Shown: one piece after another, positions 36,201 through 47,457 of the stretch
Position numbering within the stretch: the first letter of the stretch is position 1
Layout: every line of letters begins with the position of its first letter
NCBI RefSeq assembly: GCF_036588685.1
Contig: NC_086382.1
Span: forward strand, 48,422,001 to 48,486,000
DNA length: 64,000 nt
Direction: 5' to 3'
Source: Mytilus trossulus
Lineage: Eukaryota
The notes under the pieces: generated by a model
What the model was told of the DNA's origin: nothing
Database searches by the model: none
Seen by the model: the letters and a program-made list of their open reading frames with translations, nothing else
Made by a program: the position numbers and the translations under genes

Positions 36201-39200
36201 TTGTTCTTTTATAAATTCCCATTACAAGTAGGTTTCTTGATAGGACAGATGTTTGTATTGACCTGATATGTATCTCTCTTCAAGTATCATATGAAGTATC
36301 ATATTTTCAAAGAACAATATTACTTTAAGTTTGTGTGAATAATATCTACAATTTAAAATATATATATATTGATATAGCTCTTATCAATTTAATAAATTGC
36401 ATTTAATTGAGTATGTATATTACATGTACATACAGGGGGCTTTTTGTGGACATACATTGAGTTAAAGATAGGCACACTTTATTAAAGGATGGTTATATGA
36501 TACAAAAGATACTTTATAAAACAATACCTGTAACAAGTCAGGAATGTGACATTTGTTATCTATTCATTTAATTCATTTGAGATTTTAATTTTACTATTTG
36601 ATATGGGACTTTCCGTTTTGAATATTCCTCGGAGTTCAGTTTTTTTTGTGATTTTACTTTTTATAGCCAAATACATTGCTTTTTTAATCCTTTGGTTTAC
36701 TCAATACATAAATAAGAAGATGTGGTATGATATCCAATGAGACAATGCTCAACCGGAGACCAAATGAACATTTATTGGTCACCATATGGTCTTATTAAAT
36801 CAGCAGACCAAAAAGCACATAAAAAGGTATTAAAGTCCGTGAAATGACAAAAAAGGAAAACAGAGAAATCTTATTTCAATCTTTAATTAAAAATATCCTC
36901 TAATATATATATAAAAAAACAGTTATGTGGTAATTATAAAATTGCAAGTGTAACTACATACATAAACATTAGTTATTTTAATGTTGCACAGCAATATGAC
37001 GTGCAAATGATCAATATCCTACGAATATTTTTTTTTTTTATTTGGAAAGTACAATTCTACGGACTATAAATTAACCGAAGTCTAATGGCGCTTACATGTT
37101 TTGGTATTAACGAGTGTTCCTATTCTGAGGAAGTTCAATTATCGTAAACAGAACCAATTGGAGATAACTCCGACTTAATAATTAACAACGAAAATTATTG
37201 ACTTCTGGGAATTAGTTTACAACCAAGGTTTATACGCTCGTTTGATATCCATGACTGTCTATTATTTTCCCTTTTTTATAAAGCTTCACTCAAATTATCA
37301 AAGCTACTATAAACATTTGAGTACATAGAGAAATATTTTTTTCGTAGTAAAAAATGGAAAATTAGATTATTGAAAATACAAATGTCTACAGTGTATGAAG
37401 CAGCTAATTTCATATCCTTCTTGAAATTGCTAGACGACTGTCAGAATTATTTGGTCTACACATGTTTGAAAACATTTTACAATAATGTCTCTATAATACA
37501 TAAATACTATATATTTATAGTTTTGTATCGGTTTGAAATCGTATTGTCTAATTGAATGGGACATAAATTTCTAGACTTATAAATTATATTAATGCATCAA
37601 GTAAAATAACACCTATCTCTAATTAATCTACTTCAAAGACAGAAAGTACTCCTTTTCTACATTGATTTGGATTTTTCTATTCCACAAATAAGCTCTTTAT
37701 CATAATTTCTCGTTTCTACATGTTAATTATCCCTTTTACGACAGTCATAATCCTTTGACCTAATAGTCCTGTGTCGATATGCCCATTGAGCCACGAATAA
37801 TGGAACCGCAAATTACTAAAGACCTTTGCAATCTCCTTACTTATACACAACGAACGTATCAACGAACGGCTTATTGAAAAAGATTTAAGTGAACATGACC
37901 GAAATTTAAACGAGACAATATATTGTAATGAGCCTTATATTATATTGTTTGGGCTTCATTAAAAAGCGATAAATAATATTTTTATCACATTACATTGACC
38001 ACGTTGAGGCAAAAGTGTTTCTATTTATGGTCATGTTAATGCCAATTGATTGATTTGTTAGTCATAAATTAAAGTGCATTCTTGATTGAGATAATGACTG
38101 GTGCAGATTGATGTCTATATAATCAATTAACTTGTACCTAGTACATGATCAAATCATACATCATTTTAAAACTGTTTTTTACTTGATTGCATAATTTAAC
38201 TTGATGAAAATAGTTTAAATAATTGTCTTTGTGTGCATATTTTACACCTACATCTTTTGGTATGGTAATTTATGAATATATTACTAATAAATTTTCTACT
38301 TTATAGACTTTAATTTGTGAACAATGCGAATGTGCTTTCTGGCTCAATCGTTTTCTATCATTTTTTAAGATAAAAAAATTGCATATTGAATGTGGTTTGA
38401 TTGATCATTTCAAGAGTGCAGATAAACCTCATGTCTAGTATTGACCACTATCACACCGGACAGTATTCAATGACAGTTGTTTTTCATTAATATGAGGTGT
38501 TGGAGCATTCGGTTGAGCTAATTTTTGTTTGAAATTTGTGTTTTTGTTATTTTTCTCTTAACTTTATTAAAATACCAAACAAAACAACGATTCTCATCTG
38601 ACTGTACATTCTGTTAAAAGTGAAATCACAATAAAACTGAACTCAATGGAAAATTCAAAATTCAAAGTCTCTTTACGAAATAGAATCAATAGCTCAAACA
38701 CATAAAAAAAAATAGAAAGAAAAACAACAGTCCTATTCCAGATTTGGCAATTGATGTTTTAATAGTAAAGAAAAGACATTTGTTCCTGATAAAATTTTAA
38801 TCAACATACATGTAGTCTGAAGACTAAACACAGGCATACGTTTTCGTTATTTGCAAAATTTAAACGATCTTTTCAAAACGTGAAATGGCTTTTAACACTC
38901 ACTCATACAAAATTTCATATTTATATAGATGAGTATGCACTCATTAAAGGGCAAGTCGAAATGATATATCTGAAAAAGAATAGTTTATATATTATTTTTT
39001 GTTTCATTTTTATAAATTACTACATACAAATGAATATGTGTGCTCTATATACAGTATACTTCAAGTAATCATAGAATACATTTACATGTGCCCTAATGTT
39101 AACTTTTAATTGAAATGATACATAAAAAAATCCTCTCTGAAAGTTAATTGCAAAATATGTATTCGTAAGTGCCATTCACATATAATGTTTCATTTGTGTT

Positions 39201-41732
39201 TTCTTATGGTAGTTGACAAGACGGAGAAAAGAAATATATAAATTAGTGTTAGTAAACAGTATTATAAAAATAATAAACTCAAGGCAATATAGAAAGCTTA
39301 AACCTTTTAAAAGTATGGAAATAAACTCATCATAGATACCAGGATTAACATTTTAGAGAGTTCAAAATAGTCAGAAGGAATTTCCGCGGGGTTGTAAATC
39401 ATGCATTTTTATGTGAACCTCATTTTATAGACACATATTGGTGAATTGGGTGAATTTCAAGGTGTTGGAAATAAGTATATTTTCAAAATCAGTTTCGCTG
39501 AAGGAAAATCAATATGTGCAATGAAATCTTCTAAAGTTTTTCAATTATCAGACTTCTAGTATGTTTGTGTATGTATTACCAAAAGCACCGAGCCGTGAAT
39601 ACACATATTAAAACTATCGCCAGAGAGTACCATAAACGGTACCGATTTAAACACAACAGATGTGCATTGTTGACGATTTATGTCTCTTAAATGATGCCTG
39701 AGGCGGACATATCTTAATTTAAATTTAATGAGAAGTCGATGACCTTACTAAACCAATCAGGAAAGTATAGTTTGGTAGGATTCGTGTTGCTTAGTCTTTA
39801 GTTTTCTATATTGTGTCTTCTGTACTATAATTTGTCTGTTTGTCTTTTAATTTTTAGCCATGAGGTTGTCAGTTATTTTCAACATATATACACGAGACAA
39901 ATTTGATAAATTGTTAAGAAAAGCGGAACGTGAATATAGAAGTGCGAAAGCTTCGGACTTTGAATCGATATCTGTAAATAATATGAACGAGTTTTGGAAG
40001 AAAATAAGTAGACTTGGACCTAAAAGGGATACATCTATTCCAATAAAAATTATTGACGATAACGGGAATTCTGTACGAAAAGAAGCTGATATTCTAGAAA
40101 AGTGGCGAACTGATTTTTTCAACTTATACCATGGTGAAAATAGTGAACAGTTTGACAGCGATCATTATAATCGAACAAAAGTGCATAAAATCTTATTAGA
40201 ACAAAATATGAATGACCCTTTATATGAACCAAATACATTCATTAACGGTAACATAACACGTGGAGAAACCAGTGACATAGTGATGCACGCTAAGAACAAA
40301 TCTGCCTGTGGTCATGATCACATACCATACATTGTTTTGAAGAATCCCGTAATAATAGATGCCTTGCATAATCTTTTTCAGTGGATTTTCGATACTAGTA
40401 CTATTCCGTCGATCTGGCGAAAGTCCTATTTGTCCTATTCTGAAAGACTATAATACGGACGCTACAGATCCTATGAATTATCGAGGTGTTAGTTTGTTAT
40501 CATGTACCAGTAAAATATACAGCGCTTTAGTTGATAAGAGGATTACGAACTATTTAGAGAGTAACGACAAATTAGTTGACGAGCAAAATAGCTTTAGGAG
40601 AAACCGCTCTTGTGAGGACCATATTTTTACATTGATTAGTGCAATTCGAAACAACGATTAACTTTTTGTGGCTTTCATTGACCTAAAAAAATGCTTCGAT
40701 TTTGTTGACAGAGAAATGATGCTTTATAAACTGTTAATTAATAATATTGATGGTAAAATTTACAACTCTATAAAGAGCATTTACAACAGTTCCGAATATT
40801 GTGTTAAACTGAATGGAAAGTAAACTGACTGGTTCCCCTGTACAACTGTTGTAAAACAAGGAGACACTTTATCGCCTACATTATTTTCAATTTTCATAAA
40901 TGACCTTATAGCTGAACTGAATGAATTGAATATTGGCATTATATCTCAGGCAGGAAATTATCGGCGTTACTTTATGCAGACGATATAGCTTTATTGGCTA
41001 AAAGCGAAGACGATCTACAATTATTGTTAAATAAGCTCGGGGACGAGTGTAAACGCTGGAGAGTCCTAATCAACACCAATAAATCAAAATGTGTTCACTT
41101 CAGAAAATCAAAATGTAAGCAAACTGATTACAATTTCATGATCGGAAGAAATAAACTCGAAGTTGTTGACCAATACAAATACTTGGGTGTTATATTAACA
41201 TTTAACGGAAATTTTACAACAACCGCCGAAGCACTGTCAAAAGGGGCTGGTAGAGGACTTGGGAAAATCATTTCTAACATTCATTCTTTAAAGAGATTGA
41301 AATAAAGTAATTTGAAAAGCTATTTTACTCGTGTGTTGTGCCTATACTAGACTATGCATCCGGAGTTTGGGGGAACCGGAAGTTTCAGGCTATAGAGATC
41401 ATCAAGAACCGATCTATACATTACTTTTTAGGAGTTCGTCGGTTTGCCCCACTTCTTGGTATTTATGGGGATATCGGATGGATCCCGTGCCACTACAGAC
41501 AATGGACTAATATTGTGCGTCTCTGTAATTATACGTTTTTTTATTGAGTTAAGTCTGCCAATTGATATTTTATCGTGTGTTTGGATCCATTAAAACGTTT
41601 AATCCCGCTGCAAATGTTTGCACCTGTTCTAAGTCAGAAATCTGATGTACAGTAGTTGCCGTTTGTTTATGTAATATATACGTGTTTCTCGTTTCTCGTT
41701 TTGTTTATATAGATTACACCGTTGGTTTTCCC

Positions 41733-42027
41733 GAGGTATCGTGTGATCAAATTGCAAAATTTCAATTCTAAGTTCAGATGTTCACGAACCAATGTATAGT
41801 ATTTATTGCAAAGAGCTATCAAATCTCGGAGCAACCTTGTTTTTTTTCGTTTCAACAAAAACAAAAATAACATCAACATATCTCGTTTAATTCTAATGAT
41901 ATCAAATGAATTCATACAGTTACATTAATATTCTGTCCACGCTAATATTGAGATAAAAACAATTTAAAGTGTAATAAGGTTGTCATATGAAACAAATTGT
42001 CTTTTGTTTTTTTGCAAGAAAATATTT
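41733..42027 (+). repeat. ~295-bp direct copy of 53384-53676
   Basis: GAGGTATC.TGTGATCAAATTGCAAAATTTCAATTCTAAGTTCAG...TGCAAGAAAATATTT at both loci with scattered mismatches. Confidence 0.85.
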
Positions 42028-42046
42028 TATCTTTTTTTGGATTCGA

Positions 42047-42088
42047 GCGTCACTGATGAGTCTTTTGTAGACGAAACGCGTCTGGCGT
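42047..42088 (+). ncRNA. Minimal type I hammerhead ribozyme, copy 1
   Basis: GCGTCA-CTGATGA-GTCT(TTTGT)AGAC-GAAA-C(GC)G-TC^TGGCGT: intact core, 4-bp stem II, 1-bp stem III with palindromic ACGCGT, and 6-bp stem I. Predicted cleavage after 42082. Confidence 0.88.
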
Positions 42089-42407
42089 ATATACTAAATT
42101 TAGTCCTGGTATCTATGATGAGTTTATTTACAACCACTGGGTCGATGCCACTGCTGGTGGAGATTTATTTCCCCGAGGGTATCACAAGCCCAGTAGTCAG
42201 CACTTTTTGTGCTGACATGAATTGTCATTGATATGGTTATATTTATAAATTTACTGTTTACAATTTTTTGATTTTTTTTAAATATTAAGGCTTTTCTACC
42301 TCAGGCATAGATTACCTTAGCTGTATTTGGCAACACTTTAAGGAATTTTGGTCTAATGCTCTTCAACTTCGTACTTTTTTTGGCCTTTTTAACTTTTTTG
42401 GATTCGA

Positions 42408-42449
42408 GTGTCACTGATGAGTCTTTTGTAGACGAAACGCGTCTGGCGT
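42408..42449 (+). ncRNA. Minimal type I hammerhead ribozyme, copy 2
   Basis: Same core with one C>T change in stem I (GTGTCA, giving a U-G wobble). Predicted cleavage after 42443. Confidence 0.86.
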
Positions 42450-43073
42450 ATATACTAACTTTAGTCCTGGTATCTATGATGAGTTTATTCCTAACACAGC
42501 TGAGATGTGGAATTCTTCCTTTGAGACTAGAGACGGGTAGATATAGCGGCGAGCAACCAAATGAACGCTTATGTAAGTTTTGTAACAGAAATTCCATGGA
42601 GGATGAGTGTCACTTTATTCTCCACTGCTCCTTATATAATGACTTGAGAGAATCTACTTTTAATGAGATATTTTCTGCGATGAACTACTAAATATGACAA
42701 ACGATGAAAAAATTATCTTTTTGATGACAAACTATCCTAGAAAGCTGGCTAAGTATACAGTGAAAGCGTTCCGGCATAGACGTGAAGTGTTATATAATAC
42801 ATGAACAGTTTGATAAACAGTATATTGCAATTCGAGTTGACAGTATTGAATGTATTTGACTGTAATATGAAAATGTAAAAATGTTACTTCATGGGCATTT
42901 GAATATTTCCAGTTTCTTCATTTTTACAATAAATTTATTATGCACTCAACTGGACATTTATTAAATCGATTTTCTAATAACTTCATTTTTTTTTTATATA
43001 AGTTTGAATTTGTCATTATTAATTAATTATGCATTTAACTTGACATTTACTAAATCGATCTTCTATATATAAT

Positions 43074-43332
43074 AATTAGAAATTTTTAATTGATGTTTAT
43101 ATTAATGTTTCATGTTCTGTCCGACTCGGCTTCTGTTAAAATCATTATTTATTTAGGTGGACGATAAACATTTTATTACTAGATTTATTATGTCTGTGGT
43201 AGAGACGGCAATGTTTTCTTAACCGTCTCATGACTTGGTGCACGTGTTAAATTTTCAATCTTTGTCAGGTTTATTCAGTCAGTTGCATTGATAAGATAGT
43301 AACAGTATAGAAGTGCAAACAATTCAAATCAA
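43074..43332 (+). repeat. Split direct repeat A1
   Basis: Appears identical to 48413-48671. Confidence 0.92.
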
Positions 43333-43379
43333 TATTACTAGTATTTGGTTATTTCATAACTTTTAACTACTTCTTAAAA

Positions 43380-44561
43380 ATGCCGCCAGTTCGTAAAAAG
43401 CGTGTTTCCAGTAAGAAAAGTAAGAAAAGTGACACACCAGTTATACAGAATTCTAATACAGAATTGACACTTGACGAAGTTAAAGGAAAACTAAGAAAGC
43501 AAGGCATCAGGGCTCCATCAACTTTTACAAAAGAGCAGTTATTGGAACTATTAAATGAGAATTCAGGACAGGATAATACAGTTATGCCCGAAATTCCAGC
43601 ATTAACTCAACTTACCACCAGTTTAAACAACATGGAGCAAACTGTTCAAAATCAAGGAACTTTAATTCAGTCGCTATTAGTTAGAGAATCAAATATCATT
43701 AGTCAACCTGCATTCGTGAGTGATATAAATAATGGAGTACATCATGATACAGGATCTTATCACACTACCAAGGTTTCCTCAGGCATGTTTCCGCATGTTC
43801 AAGCAGTGGCACCGAACGTTCGGAAGCAGATTTTAGAAGGCAAGTACATTAATCTGGCTACCCTTCTTAACAATCAAGAAAACGTACAAGATTACAAAAC
43901 CGTTGATGAATCTGACGGGTTCGTATTGTTAATCAAACATCGCGATCCCCGCCTTCAAAGAAACTTGTCTATACAAGAGTTTCTAGAAGCTTTTAATATT
44001 TACAAAAATATTATCTGTGAAAAGCAAGACCGACGAATCGAATTCGATATGTATATTCAAGATATCATTGATATCTCTGCAAGATATAAAGGTCCCGTTT
44101 TCTACGAGTATCACAAGGCTTTCGCAAATAAGGTAGCTGCTATCAAACTGACCCATGGTAAAGTTGTAGATTGGTCCATCAGAGACGAAAAACTCTATTC
44201 ATCCATCACAAGTGGACAAATAATTAAAGAATGTGAAACATGCGGTAGTCTTGGGCATCTCACAGCTGTTTGTCAAACGTTACTAAGCTTTGGTCAATCG
44301 AATAATCGACCGAAACCAACTTATAATCAAACTCATTTTCAGAAATCACAAGTTGGGAGTAACGATCGTGTTGATTCCAATACAGATATACGAGGACGCC
44401 CTGTTCTTTTCTTTCGTGGTCGGGAAGTGTGTAACAATTTCTTATCAGGAAAATGTTTCAAGGTGACAAAATGTTCATTCGCCCATGTTAATACTAGATC
44501 ATCTACTGGTGCTACTCCGAACAATGGGCCGTCACAAGAACAAGCGCAGGCCAAGAATTGA
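43380..44561 (+). CDS. Ngaro gag-like protein (393 aa)
   Basis: N-terminal basic patch and SAP/HeH-like helix pair (LTLDEVKGKLRKQGI...TKEQLLELL), RKQILEGKYINLATLL, FYEYHKAF, CCHC knuckle CETCGSLGHLTAVC and CCCH finger CNNFLSGKCFKVTKCSFAH. Confidence 0.88.
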   Translation: MPPVRKKRVSSKKSKKSDTPVIQNSNTELTLDEVKGKLRKQGIRAPSTFTKEQLLELLNENSGQDNTVMPEIPALTQLTTSLNNMEQTVQNQGTLIQSLLVRESNIISQPAFVSDINNGVHHDTGSYHTTKVSSGMFPHVQAVAPNVRKQILEGKYINLATLLNNQENVQDYKTVDESDGFVLLIKHRDPRLQRNLSIQEFLEAFNIYKNIICEKQDRRIEFDMYIQDIIDISARYKGPVFYEYHKAFANKVAAIKLTHGKVVDWSIRDEKLYSSITSGQIIKECETCGSLGHLTAVCQTLLSFGQSNNRPKPTYNQTHFQKSQVGSNDRVDSNTDIRGRPVLFFRGREVCNNFLSGKCFKVTKCSFAHVNTRSSTGATPNNGPSQEQAQAKN

Positions 44562-46169
44562 CTAGTGTCTACGCCTATTGATATCGATCAACTTGAATTT
44601 GAACTTACACATTATCCAGATAAAAATTTTGTTTTTAATTTAATTAATGGACTTCGATATGGTTTTGACACAGGCATAAACGTACTACCAAGTAAATCTT
44701 TGGAATGTAAGAATTTATTGTCTACCAAGAAATTTCCCGATGATGTTACGAAACTGGTAGATGACGAACTTAGTAAAGGATACCTTATTGGACCATTTAC
44801 AAAACCTCCGTTTGATACTTATAGAATTAGTCCGATAGGTATTGTTGAAGGAAAATATTCAAAAAAGAAAAGATTAATTCTAGACCTCTCGGCTCCTCAC
44901 AACAATGATGAGCATCACAGCATCAACGATTTGATAAATAAGGAAGACTATTCATTAACCTATGTAAGAATTGACGACGCTATAAATATAATTAAGTCAT
45001 TAGGAATTAAAAGTCAATTATGTAAGTGTGACGTAACCGATGCATTCAAATTAATACCTGTACATAATTCTTTATGGCGATTTTATGGATTAAAATGGAA
45101 TGACATGTACTATTTTTATACTCGTTTAGCATTTGGTTGCCGTTCAAGTCCCAAGATATTCGATACATTATCAGTGGCAATATGTTGGATCTTACAACAT
45201 AATTACGGTTTGCGGCACGTGTTACATTTGTTAGACGATTTTCTCCTGATTAACAATCCTTACGTAGATGCTACAAGGAATATGAACACAATGTTATATG
45301 TATTTAATAGTTTAAAGATTCCTCTCAGCGCTCATAAAACAGTTGGTCCATCTACTTCATTAGAATATCTCGGCATAATTCTCGATTCAATGCATATGAT
45401 TGCTAAATTACCTGATGAGAAGCTTGTTAGAATTAAGGATATTTTATACAGCTATCTTAATAGACGTTCATGTACTAAGCGTGAAATGTTAAGTTTATTG
45501 GGTCATCTCAATTATGCATGTAAAGTAATTATACCAGGGAGATCGTTTGTGTCGTATTTATTGACATTAGCACACTCCGTTAAAGAACTTTATCATCACG
45601 TTACAATTACAAAGGGATGTAGAGATGACATGGCAATGTGGTTTAAATTCCTAAGTCAGTGGAATGGTATATCATTTTTTATCAGCGATAACGTTATTAA
45701 TGCGTCCGATTTTCATTTATTTACGGATGCTTCATCAACAATCGGATACGGAGGTTATTTTAGGAAAAGGTGGTTTCAAGGCAGTTGGCCCGACGATTTT
45801 ATTCGGCCCGATGAGGAGTCTTTCTCAATGGCTTACTTAGAATTGTATCCGATTGTTATATCTGCTATTTTATGGGGGCATGAATGGTCTACTAAACGCA
45901 TTCTTTTTCATTGTGATAATATGTCTAGTGTGTACATTATTAATAAGGGTCGTTCAAAGTGTAACGTAATTATGAATCTTGTTCGCCGTTTAACTTGGTG
46001 TGCGGCTAAATTTAATTTTGTTGTACATGCTGTACATGTACCAGGGAAAGAAAATAACATAGCAGATGCTCTTTCTCGTTACCAGATGAAGCGGTTTCGA
46101 CAATTGGCTCCAGAAGCTTCGCCAAATCCATGCACCTGCCCTCCTCATTCCGAAATTGTGTGGAGTTAG
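44562..46169 (+). CDS. Ngaro pol: reverse transcriptase and RNase H (in frame with gag after the UGA)
   Basis: ISPIGIV, RLILDLS, CDVTDAF, LAFGCRSSP, HLLDDF, YLGI; RNase H FTDAS, LELYP, CDN, NNIADALSR. No ATG until about residue 180. Confidence 0.92.
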   Translation, partial: LVSTPIDIDQLEFELTHYPDKNFVFNLINGLRYGFDTGINVLPSKSLECKNLLSTKKFPDDVTKLVDDELSKGYLIGPFTKPPFDTYRISPIGIVEGKYSKKKRLILDLSAPHNNDEHHSINDLINKEDYSLTYVRIDDAINIIKSLGIKSQLCKCDVTDAFKLIPVHNSLWRFYGLKWNDMYYFYTRLAFGCRSSPKIFDTLSVAICWILQHNYGLRHVLHLLDDFLLINNPYVDATRNMNTMLYVFNSLKIPLSAHKTVGPSTSLEYLGIILDSMHMIAKLPDEKLVRIKDILYSYLNRRSCTKREMLSLLGHLNYACKVIIPGRSFVSYLLTLAHSVKELYHHVTITKGCRDDMAMWFKFLSQWNGISFFISDNVINASDFHLFTDASSTIGYGGYFRKRWFQGSWPDDFIRPDEESFSMAYLELYPIVISAILWGHEWSTKRILFHCDNMSSVYIINKGRSKCNVIMNLVRRLTWCAAKFNFVVHAVHVPGKENNIADALSRYQMKRFRQLAPEASPNPCTCPPHSEIVWS

Positions 46170-47200
46170 ACCAAGCAGTCGACAGCTTATGGAATAAAAG
46201 TATCAACGTGAATACCCGCAATGTTTATTCAACAGGATATAAATGTTTTATTCAATTTTGTGGCAATCATATCACTGGATTCAACTCAAGGACTTTCAAT
46301 ATGTCTAAAATTTCGGAAGATTTATTGATCTATTTCGTGGCCCATTGCCAATCAGTGTTAAAACTGAAATATTCAACAATCAAATTATATCTCGCTGGAG
46401 TTCGTTTTCATGGAGTTAATTTTGATAATGTGAACCCACTTTGTGATAAATTTGGTCATACATACCAACGCTTGCAAAATGTGTTAAATGGAGTTAAAAA
46501 ATCTGAGAGTAAGCCATTACGACAAAAGTTACCAATAACGTTTAAAATTTTACAGGAAATAGTAACTTGTTTGCAATGTGGATTTTTCAATCATGATTAT
46601 ATGGATTTAACATTTCAAACAGCGTGTGTTCTGGCATTTTATGGTTTTCTGAGATGCAATGAGTTTACATGTAGAACTGTGTTTGATCCAGATTCAAATT
46701 TATGCGTTTCTGACATAAATTTCGTTTCAGAATGCGAAGTAACTGTTAATTTAAAAGCTACAAAGACAGATATATTCCGACAAGGTATTATAATTTCCTT
46801 GTTCAAGATAGAGGGCGTCGTTTGTCCGTATAAATTGCTATCCCAGCTGATGAGTGTAAGATTAAACCTAAACGCAAAGCAGAATGATTCGTTTCTCGTT
46901 GAAGAAACCGGAAAACCACTTTCCCGGAACTATTTTATAAGCAAGCTGAAAACAATACTCATAGCATTAGGATATAGTGACAAGGATTATAGCGGACATC
47001 CTTTTCGATCAGGTGCGGCCACAAGTGCTAGTTCTCAAGGTATTGAGGACAGCATGATACAAACACTGGGACGTTGGAAATCAGATTGTTTTAAACGTTA
47101 CATTAGAACTTCCAATTGGATATTAAATCCGCGCTGGAAAAGATTAAATGACAAGATACAATGCCGAAAACGTTTTTTACCATCGGTTATAACTTTGTAA
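46130..47200 (+). CDS. Ngaro tyrosine recombinase
   Basis: FYGFLRCNEF (R), KATKTD (K), SGHPFRSGAA (HxxR), LGRWKS (W) and FKRYIR (Y). Overlaps the pol 3' end by 40 nt. The C-terminus is probably frameshifted. Confidence 0.92.
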   Translation: MHLPSSFRNCVELDQAVDSLWNKSINVNTRNVYSTGYKCFIQFCGNHITGFNSRTFNMSKISEDLLIYFVAHCQSVLKLKYSTIKLYLAGVRFHGVNFDNVNPLCDKFGHTYQRLQNVLNGVKKSESKPLRQKLPITFKILQEIVTCLQCGFFNHDYMDLTFQTACVLAFYGFLRCNEFTCRTVFDPDSNLCVSDINFVSECEVTVNLKATKTDIFRQGIIISLFKIEGVVCPYKLLSQLMSVRLNLNAKQNDSFLVEETGKPLSRNYFISKLKTILIALGYSDKDYSGHPFRSGAATSASSQGIEDSMIQTLGRWKSDCFKRYIRTSNWILNPRWKRLNDKIQCRKRFLPSVITL

Positions 47201-47457
47201 TTTGTCCTCCATCCTAGCCTTGTGTCTTTTCTTCTCACGTTGATCTCAATATTGTGGTTAAGGATTTTTATATTGACATTAATTTTTCTCTAGATCAACT
47301 TTAATTTTAACAAGACACAAGGCTTCATCAGGCACAACATCTTCAATCTTTTGGGGTTACTCAATATGCAACTTGGGCAGGCAACATAACGTTACATATT
47401 TCGTTTTGGGCTATGATATTTTATTTTGGCCAAATATAATATCGTTTCCCCAAAACA

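Larger units (their letters stand above)
42033..42489 (+). mobile_element. Non-LTR retrozyme unit (HHR-bounded, 361-nt monomer)
   Basis: Two ~96-bp direct repeats (42033-42128 and 42394-42489), each holding a hammerhead, flank a non-coding interior. Confidence 0.8.
39884..42804 (+). pseudogene. LINE ORF2 pseudogene (RT and C-terminal Zn-like domain)
   Basis: ORF fragments 39860-40453, 40359-40661, 40994-41305, 41338-41547 and 42490-42804 in shifting frames with premature stops (e.g. 40659, 42689). Confidence 0.85.

Noticed and set aside
34000-39300. Many 60-100 aa ORFs in AT-rich intergenic DNA (also 10-13 kb, 25.7-27.7 kb, 50-57 kb)
   Set aside because: Mostly non-ATG starts and F/I/L/K-biased composition expected from random AT-rich sequence. 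No further LURAP-like exon was found.
41980-42691. ORFs sharing FLDSSVTDESFVDETRLAYIL
   Set aside because: Chance translation of the hammerhead direct repeat. Only the part after ~42490 is real LINE coding sequence.
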